NCBI GenBank assembly: GCA_050084515.1
Contig: CM114271.1
Span: 15,190,001-15,254,000, forward strand
Length of the DNA stretch: 64,000 nt
DNA from: Blasia pusilla
Taxonomy: Eukaryota
Reading direction: 5' to 3'
The position numbers were made by a program, and so were the translations under genes. Under the pieces are notes generated by a model that ran no database searches, was not told where the DNA came from, and saw only the letters and a program-made list of their open reading frames with translations. Shown here piece after piece: positions 11,207 to 25,479 of the stretch. Each line of letters begins with the position of its first letter. Positions within the stretch are counted from its first letter, which is position 1.

Positions 11207-13950
11207 TGTCACATCTTTAAGGATAGATCGATGAGATGTAGTATAGCGCCTTCGTGAGTAGTGTAGGACATGCTCATTAGGTGGAGGATGACTTGTTGAG
11301 GCCTCGAGAAACTTGAGAGAGCAGGTTTCCCCTTCGTTTCAGCTCATTTGGAGCCATATTGAGGAACTTACTATTTTAGGTAAGTACTATTTTGAGTATA
11401 TGATCAATTTTCTATTTTTGATAAGTGGCCTTTGACCTCCTACATCAGGTCAAGAGCCAAGGAGGTGACTTGGGAGGATAGGTTACCATGGAGAGAGCTT
11501 GGGAGAGGGAAGGGATATACCTCAAAGAGAGAGAGCTTGAGAGCTCATTCTCTCTTTGTTGAACCTCTTGGCATGAGGCGGCGGAGTTATGGTCCCTTGC
11601 CTTGTGAGTGTAAGCCAAGCCTCTCATTAGGAGAGTGGGTTTGGTTTGACATGAGAGAGAGTGCACACCTTTGAGAGCTATGGTGTAAGATGGTGTAGAA
11701 AGAGATTGGATCTTACTTTACAAAGAAAGAATGAGAAACTAAGATAGCTTCATGGGAGAGCTCGCTTGTCACTCGCTCTTTTTGCAAGTTGGGGACCATG
11801 TTCCCCGTTCAACGGCTCATGGGAGTGCTCACTGGAGCAAGGGATGCTTTGATTGTTCTTTGCATTTGCCGATTTTTTGTGTGGAAGAGTGGCGCGTGGA
11901 AGCTCAACCCAATTTCTGAAAGGGATTGATTATGGGGGCGGGTTGCCCCATGCCGGTGTTCTTGGGAGCACCACGTAGCTTTCTGATTTTTATTTTTACA
12001 GGTTTTACATTTTTGTTGGGAGAAATCAGCGCAGAAGCGCAGCCAAATTTTGTGTAGGAGAAAGAGACATTGGGCTTTACAATAGTCCCAGTCAATTTTT
12101 ATTGGAATGTCCAATTCCATCTATTTTTTAATGTTGTTGTAGATCGTGAAGCTATGCACGTTGTGCAATAAACGGTGCATAATTTGGAGTTGCGAGTAAA
12201 AATTTATGGTCAATCTTTCAAAACTGCCATTGCTAGGCAATTTGTAGGGTTAAATTATTCAAACCCTAAACCAACCGCCACGCCGCCGCCGGCCGTCGTC
12301 GTCATAGTCACCATCACTAGTCAACAGTCAACCATTACCGTCAATGGTCTATCATCACCATCAACGGTGAATCGTCATCGCAAATGGTCCACCCTCCACT
12401 GGCCACCATCGGCCGTTGCCATTGCCCAGCGTTGCTCAGAGCCGCATTTGGCCATTGTCCACCCTTTGGTTGCCATTGCCGCCATTACAAAATGGAGGGT
12501 CTTCCACGACCACTGTTGATTCTCTGACTTGCGCCGCCACCACGTGCTTTAGTTTATCCGCCACCGTCATTGCAGTTTCGTCATCAACCAATGATGGTAG
12601 ATGACCTCCGGTTATGGTGTTTGAGTTTTGATTTCATGCTGCTATGTTGTGATTGGTAGCCTCTCAACGACAATCGAGTACTGTGTCGTGCCACACGTAG
12701 CCGCAACACGCCGTGCCGCTCGTGGCCGCACCGCACCGTCTCGATTGCGGAGCCGCACCATCATTGTGGAGCAAAGGTGGGTTTATTGTTGATTGAGGAG
12801 GGTATACCGCCGAGTGCCGCATCCCACCATCGAGGGCCGTGCCATTGTAGCCGTTTTGTACCGCCTGCAATGCCTGCAACGCCACACCGTTCTGTTGGAA
12901 CCGCAGTGTCCATCGAGGAGTCTTGATCAACGTCAGTATGGGAGGAGTATGACTTGCTGATTGGAGGAGTTGTCTCCATGACCGAGTTGGGGTCAAGATT
13001 TGCAATTGCTGAGGAGAAACATCGACATGTGTTCAGGTTACCCATTCTAGTCCTTTACCCTACACGCGTGAGGGATTATGGGATTTGGGTAGTTTATTTG
13101 GGGATATTGGGTTGTGTGGATGCTGAGAGCATCATTTATGTATGTGATTTAGGGGACATAGACATGTGTGGGATGTCCGGAGTTGAGGGTAAGTTATCAA
13201 TGAGATGATAGTCTGGTCGATTTGCCGTACCACGCCGCTTGTTGCCGCCTGTTACACGTCTCGGGGAGGGAGAGTGTAGATCGATTGCCGCATGTTTGGG
13301 ATGAGTGATTGAGGGATTACTTGCAAGGTTGAGAGCGATCGTGTGAGAGGGGCACCAGGGCCATCGCGGCGTCCTTTCAGGATTTTGAGAGACGAGGTAG
13401 TGGACCTGAGAGTAGCTTTGGAGGGTTTACCGGGAGAGATGCGAGGTTTCGAGGGTCTCCACATGAGAGACCACCTCAATCTCCTTCTGTGTTGTCTTCA
13501 GACGAGGGAGAGCATGTAGAGGAGTGTGTTAGTGATCCACCGTACACATTGAGTGGTCCTACTAGTTGGGCGTACGAGATGGACGACCGGGGTAGAGGAC
13601 CGCGTAGGTTTTCAGGTGCTATAGGCATCATAGAGCTACACAACTTCATTGCGGAGTTTAGGAGTTGGTGTGACTCAAAGGGGGCTAGGAACTCTAGAGA
13701 GTTCAACCCATTTACAGCATGGAATGGTATGTTCCAGCATTTAGAGGGGGCACCCATAGACGATTACTATGAGTTCTCCCACAGATATGCCCAGGAGATT
13801 GAGGCATGGCGACTCTACTATGACCCACACTATGTGTCATGGACGCAGCCGTTCCCAGATAAGGAGGAGGAGTCAGGAGAGGCTACTTCCTCTTCCATTA
13901 GTGATGTTTTAGGAGGGGTCACTTGCACGGGAGCAGTTGCATCGTCAAGC
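11207..13950 (+). mobile_element. 5' portion of the same gypsy family in opposite orientation: repeat A (11207-11720), long leader, gag N-terminus
   Basis: 11207-11720 is the reverse complement of A2 and begins TGTCAC. ORF 13489 ends KEEESGEATSSSISDVLGGV, matching the gag at 55213 (KEEELGEVTSSATNDILGGV). Confidence 0.85.
13489..13950 (+). pseudogene. gag: Retrotransposon gag N-terminal region (truncated)
   Basis: RFSGAIGIIELHNFIAEFRSWC... and homology to the start of the 55213 copy, which continues into the knuckle-bearing gag. Confidence 0.7.
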
Positions 13951-14941
13951 CACGGGAAAAGTTGCCGTGTTTGAGGCAGATTAGAAGCTCCATGCGGAAA
14001 TCCATGAAGAACCTAAAGAGGCCCAAGAACTAATCGACGAAATGATTCAAAATTTTGATACTCAGCTCACCGAAGAGCTGGAGTATATTGATCAGCATTG
14101 GCAAGGATAGTACAAAGCTCACACAGCCACATTGCTAGAGGTGGAAGAGCCATCATGTTTGCAAATCCAACCGATTGTAGCGATAGAAGTATGTGTACAG
14201 AATGAGGTGTTGGGTTCTTTAAGGGTGGTGCTAGCGTGGAGAGAACGGATGAAGAATACTATACCCAACATTGTCAACAGACCATCGACCATTTATGGCC
14301 AACCACCTCCTGGGATTGAGGTTGTAGAATTAGCAGATGACAAGAGCCCTTAGGTAGGCCGAAGATATACAAGAGAGTAGAGTGTTCACCGAGACGTCTC
14401 ACATTTTAGTGAGGGGGTATGTAGTGCCTGCATTCTTGGAATTTTGGTAGAAAGGTTTTTTTGGTATAGAATTGTAGTAAAGTCCTCATCTATTGAAGAG
14501 TGAAGGCTCAAGACTGGAAATAAAGAGGTATACCCCAACTTATCTTCAAGAATTTGCACTAAATCAACTTTTGAACATTCTCTCTATAATATCCCATGAT
14601 ACTCATTGAACTTATCTGTATTCATGATTGGGTAAAGGAGCACGGAATGGCTTATTGAAAATCCTCTTATTCTTCCATTTCGGCTTCCTTATAGTGTATT
14701 CTCAACAACTTTGCGGTTACGCCTTGAACTTCTTCATCCTTCTCTATTAGATGTGTTGAATTATGTATACAGGAGACTGTCTATTCCATTGATGCAAAGG
14801 GTATGAATATTCCTCGATCTATACTTGATGGAGAACAAAAAAATATACATAATGTGATTAGAGAGGAGGCAACATTGGTGGCTTGAATTTTAGGGTATAT
14901 TGTTGAGCAAGGGCAAGTACGTGTTCCATCTTCTAACTACA
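13951..14941 (+). mobile_element. 3' end of an unrelated LTR retrotransposon: degraded ORF, PPT ~14409-14419, LTR 14420-14941
   Basis: gagggggta immediately followed by TGTAGT...ACTACA (6-bp inverted LTR ends, 522 bp). Confidence 0.7.
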
Positions 14942-16769
14942 TGTTCCACCTTCTACTAAGTACGCTATCTTTTGTCTAAGAGTTGATCTTGTTATGTCTT
15001 GAGGTTGCTTTTGTTTATTGGATGATAGGGTGGTTTTTGATCCAACACATTTTGACTTGGTGTGTGGAGGCTTTGCAATAGATTATTTGGTCACTTATTG
15101 TCTTTTGATACTTTCCTAAACATATGTCTTTGAAACTCCTTTAAGAAGTATCACCTTGCGCATCCTCGTTGTCCTTCTCTCTTTTTAGTTACTACTTATA
15201 TTCGACAATACATCTCAATAGCTTTATAACGTGCACAAGCTTTGATATTGATACATCAAGCCAAAGTGGCTGGGGGTCTCTCACTTTATCGCCCATTCAT
15301 GTTTGATCAACCATTAGTGCTTTTGTTAAATTTGTTTCAAGCTATTAATTGTGTAGCTCATAGATTTGGTTTTAATGTTGGCTTGATTTTAGCATTTCTT
15401 GACTTCTTTCCTTCTTGGGATGTTTTTACCTTTTTCCTTTTTTTTTTAGGCTTATTTTTAGTGGATTTTATTTTTTTCATCTTTCTTAAAAAAATCCATG
15501 TATTGTTTGTTACGTTTAAGTTTTTTTAGTGGATGCCTCGTTTTGTAGAATTCTTCTTACAATCTTTTTAATATTTTTTCCATATTTTGCATGTCTTATT
15601 TGAGTTCTTTAGTAGGTGCTTCATTTTGTGGAAATCTTCTTGCTTCTTCTATGTTTCCATGCATAAGTTCTTTATTGGATGGAAAGCTTTTCTCCAAACC
15701 ATACTTTTTTTCTTTGAAAAAAGTGGTATGTATTATCTCTTGATGGCTTGAGATGCCATGTTTGGGTTTGTGGTATACTTTTTTCTATATAAATTTCAAT
15801 TTACTCTATCTCCTTGAAAAAACATGAGGACAAAGAGAGCCCAATAGTCATCCAACTTAGGGATCAAACCTTATTTGTGATTGGGCACATACAACGGTAC
15901 CTAATAATATACAAGGAAGGAAGGGTTGCGAAGAGGATCCATGGCCCTTTCGTACTCTAGTTTTGAAAGACCACAATTGGAGCCATCCATAAGGCTCCAT
16001 TTTACCCTTCCCCAAACGTTTGAAGGCTCCAAAATCTCAAGAGCTTTTGCCAAACATTTTTCCTTGAGGCTATCAATAAACATATTTCCATTTTGGATCT
16101 CTTTCTCTAAACTTTGTAGTTTTTCATATTATCCGTTTCTAACTCACATATGCACAATGTAACTTAGATAAATGTGGTATGCTCAATCCTTTTATTGCTT
16201 ATCTTCATGTAATTTGAAGAGATTTTTCCATTTGAATATTTTCTTGCCATATACTTTCAAACCTCTAAAGTTCCTTTTAGAAAAGGAAATGTAACCATTT
16301 TAAGGTGGATTTACTTATTGCATATGGCCGGCCTTGTCATAGATTTTGATGAGGCCAAAAACCAGAAAAGTCATACATGATTGATAAGAAGTAAAAGGGT
16401 TTCAAGAACTTTGATAACATGGAAATCTTATTATACATGGTAACGTTGGGCCACAAAAAAAACCTCCTAATTTTTCATTTCACTCATCCACAATCATAAT
16501 GATGGAAAATATCAGAATTTTACATAGTGTTTGTAGGAATCATGAGTCATAAACATCTTGATTCTAATTTAAATAGATAATTACGTACAACATCCAATAA
16601 AAATTTATATGTGCTTAATTAATAACTAAAAATTACTGTAATTTCTTGTTAAAAAAATTGGCCAATAACCTCCAACCATTAGGGTTTGATAGGCGAGACA
16701 AATAATTGAATGGAGTATGATCATAATGACTTTGAAACTAGAAAATATAGATAATAATTTTCTTTAAGA

Positions 16770-18255
16770 GGGCATTTTCGAAAACATTAGTAACTTGGAA
16801 AGGGATGTTTGGAACTAGAGTTACTCAACATGACCCCTTATGCCATACTCCAAACCATGAGGAACCATTGGGCATGCAAGATTCTTGCTCATCTTGAATC
16901 ATCTTGAAAAATTGAGTTAGAATGCATGAATCATTGAAGCATGCATTAATTATTATCCTATAAATCTCCTACAAAAAATTGAAGTAGGTATTAATATGTA
17001 ATATTTGGATTGGTTAGATGGATATTTTCATAGAAAATGATAAAGAAAAGAAACTACATTGACTCTTTTGAATAGATTTTTTTCTACCTTGCCATTTTGC
17101 AAAAATTTGCCCAAGGGTTATGAAAAACAAATTCCTCAAACTAGTAGAGACTCTACATGAACATGAATAAAGATATGTATATAAAATTAAGGGAGGAAAC
17201 CTAATTCATTTTTAGCACAATCCATGATTGAAATGATCTTTCTAAATAAATAACAAAATCACGAGTAGTTACATAACAAGCAAGGAATAACTTTTACATG
17301 CACATTTATCAACTCCGTTATGCTTGTAATTGATCTTTACAAGATGGAATGTAATGAACTCAAACTCCATGTCCACATGCATTTTCATACGTGAAAACTT
17401 TATTCCTCCATATTTTTCAAAGAAATTCAAAGAGATCCAAGAAAATGGAAGTAATTTTGAATTATAAATTGAGGAAGAGGGGTTATTATATGAGGAAAGT
17501 ATCTTCTAAGAAAAAATATTATTTTTTCAAAGAGGAAATATGAGTTGTCACCTTACCTCTTATGGAAAGGAATAAGATGAGTCATTGTATTGAATGTACA
17601 TGTTCATACGCAACAACGTGTGTAAATTCATGAGATCGAAACTTCGGATTACTTTAATAGAAATTACCAAACCCTATGTATAAACAACATATTTAATGAT
17701 TTCATTTATAATTAAATTGAAATAAGATAGATTAATTAATAAAGGCATAAATACTATTATTAAAAAATTAATTAATAATGAGATGATAAGATGCCTTTTG
17801 TCTTTTTCTAGAGTTCAAATAATTTTTAGATATAATCATGATTAATTTATTTTTAAAAATGAATTTTTTTGTAAAATTGGAGAAAGATTAAATAAAATTT
17901 TTTACCATCCATCAATTATCAATAAGAAGCTAGTGCATTATACATGCATCTTTACATGTCTATAATAGTGAAAGATGGTTTCTTACAAGGGAATTCATTT
18001 TGTTTAAAATAAAACATGGAAATTTTAATTGAGTATGAAACACTTCAAAAGTCAACATGGTTGGGGTCAGAATCATGATAGAAATATATATTTTTAAAAT
18101 AAGGGGACAATAAAGATTAACTATGCATGTATTCCCAACATTACATCTAGACCCAAGCTAATGTACATAAAATAATTATCAACAAAACTAATTTTGGAAG
18201 GATCTTCAAGATTAATTTATTCTAATATTGGAAAGATGATTTTTCCAATGCATAC
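16770..18255 (+). repeat. AT-rich dispersed repeat, copy 1 (inverted relative to 45178-46580)
   Basis: Colinear reverse-complement match over ~1.4 kb, e.g. aaagggatgtttgga...catgcaagattcttgctc; ~100 bp extra near 17610-17705. Confidence 0.88.
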
Positions 18256-21200
18256 TAGGAGAATTCCTCCTTAATATTATACTTCTTTATCTTTTCTGAG
18301 ACAATAATTTTGTCTTATTCTTAGTAATCCTTTTTAGTCCATATGTTTACATGACTATTTATTAGCTTGTTATCATTTGTAATAAAGCCCTATAAGTTAT
18401 AAGGTTTGTAAAAGACTTATCACAATGTAACCTTGTAACAAAAAAGATACACCAAGACATGAACAACTTTGGTACGTGTACGAGGAGGGGAATAATGAAA
18501 AATTGAGATGAAATTCTTACCCACAAATCATTGGAAGAAAATTGATTTAAACTTACTTGGCTTCTCACTAAAGTGAAGAGTGGTACAAGCGATGCTTGTC
18601 AACCATCCATTCATCCCTATTTGTCCATTTTGTGCCCGACCAACTTTGTATTGGGCTCCTTTATCCCTTTTTTGAATCTGAACTTAACTTTTTTTAAACT
18701 GAGAATATGAAGATGTGACAAAGGGGAGAAGAAAAAAATGGACTTTATAGACTTTTTTTGAATATATGAAGAAAGTTCTATATTTAATTTTCTTATATAT
18801 CCCAAAATTTTTAATAATATATTTCTATACCTCATCCAATTCCCAATTTCACTCTCTAACCTGAGTTCACAATTTTACAGAGTGAAATTACAGTAATATC
18901 ACAATAATGCAAAAAAATAAAATTTAAATGGGTCTTCATAGTCTAAGTGATTGTAGCTATCATTTCTGGTTTCTAAGAATCTCATAATTTCCAAACTATG
19001 TTTAGCCATTCCCAACTCTATGAATGAACCATGGTATTTTTTTCACCTATTTCAAATGGGATTAGTGAGTTTGTATTTTAAAATATTGAAATTATGAGAA
19101 AAAAAAAGTGAAAAAATCACTGAAATATGCTACAACTATTGAAGATACAAAGTGGCCTAGTCATTCTGTGCGCTCACAAAAGAGTTCTGATGGAACCTGA
19201 AAATAGAGATAACTTGACATACGAGAATGCGCTATCGCTATGGCTTTCGATTATTTGACTAATCGAGAAACTAGGATTTTCTACCGAATATATTTATTTC
19301 TATTAATAGAAAACTTTATTCACTTCTAAACCGTGGACTCCCACCATGCATCAGCATGCCTTGCATTCTAATACAATATAGGGTTAGATAATCCTAGTAA
19401 AGTTATTCCACAAACCACTTACGTCATATTATTATGACTCCTTTGACGTCTAAGTCAGAACCATCAATCTAGGCTTTTCCTCATATAAGGGAGCCGATCA
19501 TATTGATGTTGCACAATGAGAAGTAGAGGTTGAGAATCCAACATAAACTTTGCTCTTTTTGCCCTCATAATTATTTTTATCTACTAATACACTCAACGTA
19601 CAGACTATCCATGTCTATACATCCTTCTTAACAATTGGAATGCAAATTTGTTACTTTTCTAGATCAACTGTTGGTTTTAGAAACTTATAGCAAAATAATC
19701 CAAATCATTGAATGCATGACTCTTTATCTACAATCAAGCTTATATTGATCATGTATGATGTGTCAATCACTTCTTATATGGGGCCTAGCTTTTTAAAGTT
19801 GGGGTGTTAGTCTTTATAATCCCTTTTGAAATTACCATAACAAAATTCAACATATGGTTTAAGATTATGAATCCACTATTGATAGTAGTTTATGAACTTG
19901 GCATAACTTAATGAGTAGATTGATTCCATGAAATGCCTTTCCTTATGGGGTCCCGGAAATACATGTTACAATATCTTATCAAAGATCTAGATGGGACACT
20001 TAAGAACAAATAGTCATAAAAAACATATGGTCATCTCAAGTAAGAGTAGCTCACGGGGATATATTCTAAGCCTTGTAATACAAAATTTTACTTCATCAAG
20101 TTGGAGTAACACTATACTTAATCCCTAAAATATGTCAAAAATCATGTATGATGGTTTGATTATTAATTTTGGTCAGTTGATCTTTAAGTAATCAATCATA
20201 AATTTTGTATCTTTAAGGAAAATTGGGATGGTTTCCCACCATGCCAAACCTAGTCCTCAATCTCATAATAATATTCACTCCAATCATACTTTTAAAAACT
20301 TAAAAATTGCAAATTGGGTAAAATTGGTTGGACGGATCTTGAGTAGATATTGGAAATTCTTGTCCAAGGAATAGCTTGTAGTTTGGCTCATATTCAACCA
20401 AGAGATTAATTAATTATTTTGGAAGTTCTACACTCTACACTATCTCGTCTTTATTAGAGGATATACAAGATATTTTCTTTAGAGTGTCTATGTCTAGTTT
20501 TTCTTATATCAGAGGGAAAGTGAAATACTCAATTGAGGAATTTTAAGATACCTTGAGCTTGCTGATTTGTCTAAAAATTGAACAAATTGTGATAATTTGA
20601 AAAACTATAAGCTCCATCTCCAATTTTAAATTCTCCAAGTAAAAATGAAGTCCAATCCTTTAAATTTTCACTTTTATCCACTCAAAGCCCCATAATAATA
20701 GACCTTATTGGTACACCTCAACACAAATGATTTGAAATCAACAAAAGTTATTTTGTTCTCTTTGATGGCCTTAGATAATATTGGATAAATTATACAAACT
20801 TCCCAAGAAATTCTTTCATAAGATCTAAGGACTAAATTAAATAATGATTTGTTGCAAACAGAACATGAAAATAGATCTTGAATTTTTGGATACAATGTAA
20901 AAAAGAGAATCATTGTTAATGACACAAGATCAAGGCCAGGTATTTGAGAATCCCTAGGATGATACTAACATGCAAAGTATCCAATGGTACCGGGAGAAAT
21001 CTTATTTGATGAATCTCCATTTAGTATTTACTATCCGCAATTGACTAGTTAGTAGACAACTATTACCCCTTTTCTTCATATAAAGAAAGAAATATATTAC
21101 TTTTGATAAGTAAAAATACAACTATCCATCACAATCATATTATTTCTTATTTATAATTTCCAAAAATGTTCATTTAAAAAAATCTAAGTTATTCAAAAGT

Positions 21201-21306
21201 TATATATATATTTTTAAATATAAAAAATCAAATGCCATGTCACGGAAGAAACTATCTTATGAAGACATGGTTCCAAGGATCATGGCATCACTCTATACAT
21301 GGAGAA

Positions 21307-21308
<2 letters not shown>

Positions 21309-21350
<42 letters not shown>
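21309..21350. repeat. (TC)n microsatellite
   Basis: Direct reading. Confidence 0.95.
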
Positions 21351-21352
<2 letters not shown>

Positions 21353-22121
21353 CATAATATGAAGACTTCCTAGAATTTTCATCCTCCATATGCTCTTATG
21401 CTTGGGTGAGTTCCCAATATAGTGTTGTAATTAATAATTTTTCCTAAGAACCTACTTGAAGTGAAATGAAAATATCCACTAGCAACCAAATTAAAACTAG
21501 AGGCGAAACCAAAGTTGACTAAACAGAGGTTTCTCTTAAAACCCAACAAGCCGGTGAAATTTAATTTTCTTTATTATTTCTCTTTAATTCAATTCCCTCT
21601 CTCAAAATGACATGTGTTGACACCATAGGAGCCCTTAGAGGATAGATATTGACACCTGATCAAGGTTTCCTCAAACCAAGGCTCGGATAGTTTCTTTTAG
21701 TCCGTTCATTTTTTACCAAATATATTTATGCCTATTCGGTTTTTAAAAATGTGATCCAGTCCTGTTCCATTAGGGATTCGTCGTGACCCATTTTCTTCCG
21801 ATGGGCAAAATGTTTGTCCAATGGATAATAGGTCTCCATGTTAGTTTTCCTTATGTTTATTCACAAAATTAACCTAAAATCTTAATAAAACCTTTACCAA
21901 CTCCTGTTCCAACCCCTCCTAATCCCTTCTACCCTCTAAAACTTTCCGATTACTTTTATTCTCAATCTTCAAAACTAATGGTAGATATTATGAGGGTTGG
22001 ATGATTTCCGATACTCTATTTTCCCGGCCGGTGATCCTTCCGTCAAAATAGCTTTTTGATCGATAAAATAGGTTTAGGAACTGACACCTTTGACCAAGAA
22101 TGCCGGTTCCGTCCGAGCTTG

Positions 22122-22190
22122 CCTCAAACCTCGTCCTCTTTCACCTACATAAATTCCTCAAACCTTGTCCTCTTTCACCTACATAAATTT
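22122..22190. repeat. ~34-bp tandem duplication
   Basis: cctcaaacctYgtcctctttcacctacataaatt x2. Confidence 0.85.
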
Positions 22191-23244
22191 CTTCCATTTT
22201 CTATCTTGGATTAAATAAGACCTAAAATTGATTGGAAATTCCACCCTCGTCTCCAATAAAAGACAAAAGTAAATAGAAGTCAATTATCATGATCATATAG
22301 AGGGACGTAAAAGTCTCATAAAGACCCGGATATGGTGGTTGTCCCCACGAGAGAGTATACATACATACAAGAAGAAAGCTCATCTCTACGTTTTCATTTT
22401 AAAACTAAAATAAAATTAAAAAAAGTAAACAAATACAGCGGACAAAATCCAAATTCTAGTCGGTAGTCAAAATGAATCTCTCCGAATAATAATAATATTT
22501 TTTTGGCAAATACGGCCATTTCTGTAGCTCGGAGTCGTGAGAAATATAGTCTTTAGAGAAAAAAGAAATATAAACGGGAAAAATCCACGGCCCGGGAATA
22601 TCGGCATATGACCGCCGTAAAGAAGGAAAAAGCGGACGGACGTTGAACTTCTGTCCCTCGCGAGACGGAGTCTTTCCATTTTCTCCGTTGACGAGGGACA
22701 CTGAAAGGACAACCGCTTTGAAACGCAACGAGAGCCCCGTCTGAACCGGTCATTGCCCTTTAACCCAGAATCTAGGGAATATTCAGCTCTTTCGACGAGT
22801 CTCCGGCCTCCACTTTTGGACACGTGGCGAGCTCCCAGATTCCATGCCGCAAACTTTAGACCCGGGTTACGGAAGTTAACCAGGGGCTGAAACTCGTACT
22901 ATTATTGTCTCCACAGGCAGCCGACATGAACCGAGCTCGGAGCGGAGATAGTTAGTACCCATAGTTAGCACCCATGGGAATAGTGAAAAGACCTGTGTGG
23001 GGCCCCCTTCCCTCTAGAGCATCGAAAAGGGTTCGCACTATATGAAAGTTGTGTAAATGGAAAATAGGAAAGGAGAAGGGGACAAGGAACCACTTAAAAA
23101 TAGCATGGAACAGGAGCCGGTATTTCATAGTCGGGAACGGTAAAACCAGGTTTCCCGCCGGTTTTCAGATACCCCATTCAAAATAAACCCCCCTTCCATG
23201 CCATAGACAAAATGGACATTTTTTATTTTCATTGGCTACGATCA

Positions 23245-23482
23245 CTAGTAATCGCGGATCATTGAGCGTGGAAGCTCACATAGAATTAGACAAGTATGCA
23301 CATGTGAAAGATTAGTTACACCTATTTAGATTTCGGTGCTTACATTACGATTGTCAGTAGAATTAGACAAGTATGCACATGTGAAAGATGAGTTATACCT
23401 ATTGAGATTCCCGTGCTTATATTACACATGTCAATGTTGGAGGAAGTGATCTTCAAACTCCATCCTCTTTTAATCATATAGA
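23245..23482 (-). mobile_element. Possible short non-autonomous Helitron containing a 77-bp tandem duplication
   Basis: Minus-strand A|TCTATATGATTAAAAGAGGATG 5' end, closely similar to the end at 31801; CTAG|T at 23245; hairpin weak; duplication at 23281/23358. Confidence 0.45.
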
Positions 23483-25062
23483 TGACAACTAGATTCATGA
23501 GGACCTGAATAAATACGAGAAGGATGATGTGTTGGATAATATGCCTCTACATGTCACAAAGAAGATAAATAAATAAATATATACATATATTCTTATGTGT
23601 GGGGTGATAGATTTTTTATTCATGTAGTTTATGTATTTTTATGAATCCCAAATGGATTCTAAATTCCTTTGTTGCCGTCATGTATCCCACCATGCCTCTA
23701 TAATCATGCCAAGTGTATTTTGTTAAAATTTGGACCATCCGGAGTTGTTACCTCACTTCTCTTGGAAATTTTACTACCCTCTTTCACTAGGGGGCCAAAA
23801 TAGTGTGAACTATTAAATGATTGATTGCGAGATTTAAATAAGTGTGCAGATTTCTTAGAATTATAGAAGGTTTCAACACGAGAGGAACAATACATATTTT
23901 TTCTTGGAAATATTTAGGTTGCTTTAATAGTAAAAATATCAAAAATCTTATTCTAGCGTAAATAGCATCACACATCGAGACCATTATAGATTTTTTTTTC
24001 CAAAGGCAAAATTAATTTTCTTAATTCCTAAATACCCATGCCATTTTACTCAAATTTTACAATTTCCAAAACAAGGCCCAAAATCAACCTTTCCTCTCAT
24101 CATTAATAATCTCTAGCACTAATTTTGGGCCTCATTTCTTCCTATTTAACAAAGTACTCTTGTGGGAGTTGAACCCATGTGATTTCCATCCAACAAAGCA
24201 AAAATATGAAGAGGTGATAAAATCCAAATCAAAAGACAAGTTTTTGAGGTCTACAAATGGAATTATGATCATGGAAAAAACATGCCAAGAAGGAAAAATT
24301 TTAGTTTGGGACAAGGAGATTTCAGTCAGAGCTCAATGGTAAAAGATTTCAGGTGAAGTTGTGAAGGTAACGAAACTTTGGAGGCATTTTTTAGGGCTTT
24401 CCTAATCGATTGAACATTCTAGATGGTGAGCGATTAGAGCGACCCCATAGGCTAGTTTTGACCATTTTTGGAGCTCATCGAGAGCTTTTCAATCATTCAA
24501 AATTATTTGCTTTTGATATTTGAGATCCTATGATATCCATTTTACTCTAAGAAAGTGCAATTAGTGAAGGAAAGTTGTGCAGTTTGCTCTCTACATGCCA
24601 ATTTTGACTCTTTCTTTGATATAATTGGTTAATTTTGGCAAATATTAGGTCAATTTCTGCTTCAATTGGAGGAGTGTACAACTTGAAATTATAATTAATG
24701 AATAATTTTGTTCTTAATGGAATATTCCTCAACAAAAATTACAAGTGAGAAGCTAGATAAGTAGAATTATAATATACAGAAAAATTTGCATGGGTAAAAA
24801 ATTATAGGAACTTATTACATGCGATGAGGCCAAGCCAAAAGGTGATTTAATAAACGTCAATATTCACATCTAAAATAAACACATAAAAGAAGTAATTCAC
24901 TATATCTCAATAATCATAAGTTCACTGATGACGAGTTGCACTTGGAACATAAATAAAGTTTGTGTCCGTAGACATGTCTATTTCCGCGGAGTTATGTCCA
25001 TCCCTAAGACGGTATGTTCGTGCCTTGGGTATCCGCGGCCCACATCTGAGCCCCCCGCCCCA

Positions 25063-25478
25063 TGTAGAAAACCGCTAAAGAAGCATAATTGGTGGGAAAC
25101 TGCTCTCACACTCACACACCACCATGAAGAACAAAATTTTACAATGAGAGAAATGAGTGGAGGCTGGTCCCCTTCTCAATGAAATAGGGTATGTACAAGC
25201 AACCCTAATCCTAATCTTAACCATAGTCTCGAGTTAGACTAGCTATGATTAACTAACCATAGTTAAGATAATCGCGCTTAAGTGACTAACCAAGATTAAA
25301 CTTCCCTACTTCATGTGAGTACCAAATATAGCAGTTCAAGTGTCTGATGAGCTTGACTATAACTCAGTCTTCAATACTCCCCCTCAAGCTCATATCGATA
25401 TCTCTAACGCCTAAATAATTTCTTAACATCTCAAACTTATCTCTAGAAAATGCCTTTGTTAAGATATCAACAATTACT
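25063..25478 (-). mobile_element. Ty1/copia 3' remnant: RNase H C-terminus, PPT and 311-bp LTR (25063-25373)
   Basis: VDILTKAFSRDKFEMLRNYLG...LRGS; GAGGGGGAGTAT followed by TGAAG...CTACA. Confidence 0.75.
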
Positions 25479-25479
25479 C

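Noticed and set aside
7589-11720. Inverted A repeats (7589-8038 vs 11207-11720) as TIRs of a DNA transposon
   Set aside because: Both are terminal repeats of the gypsy family, and the second continues into leader and gag; no transposase seen.
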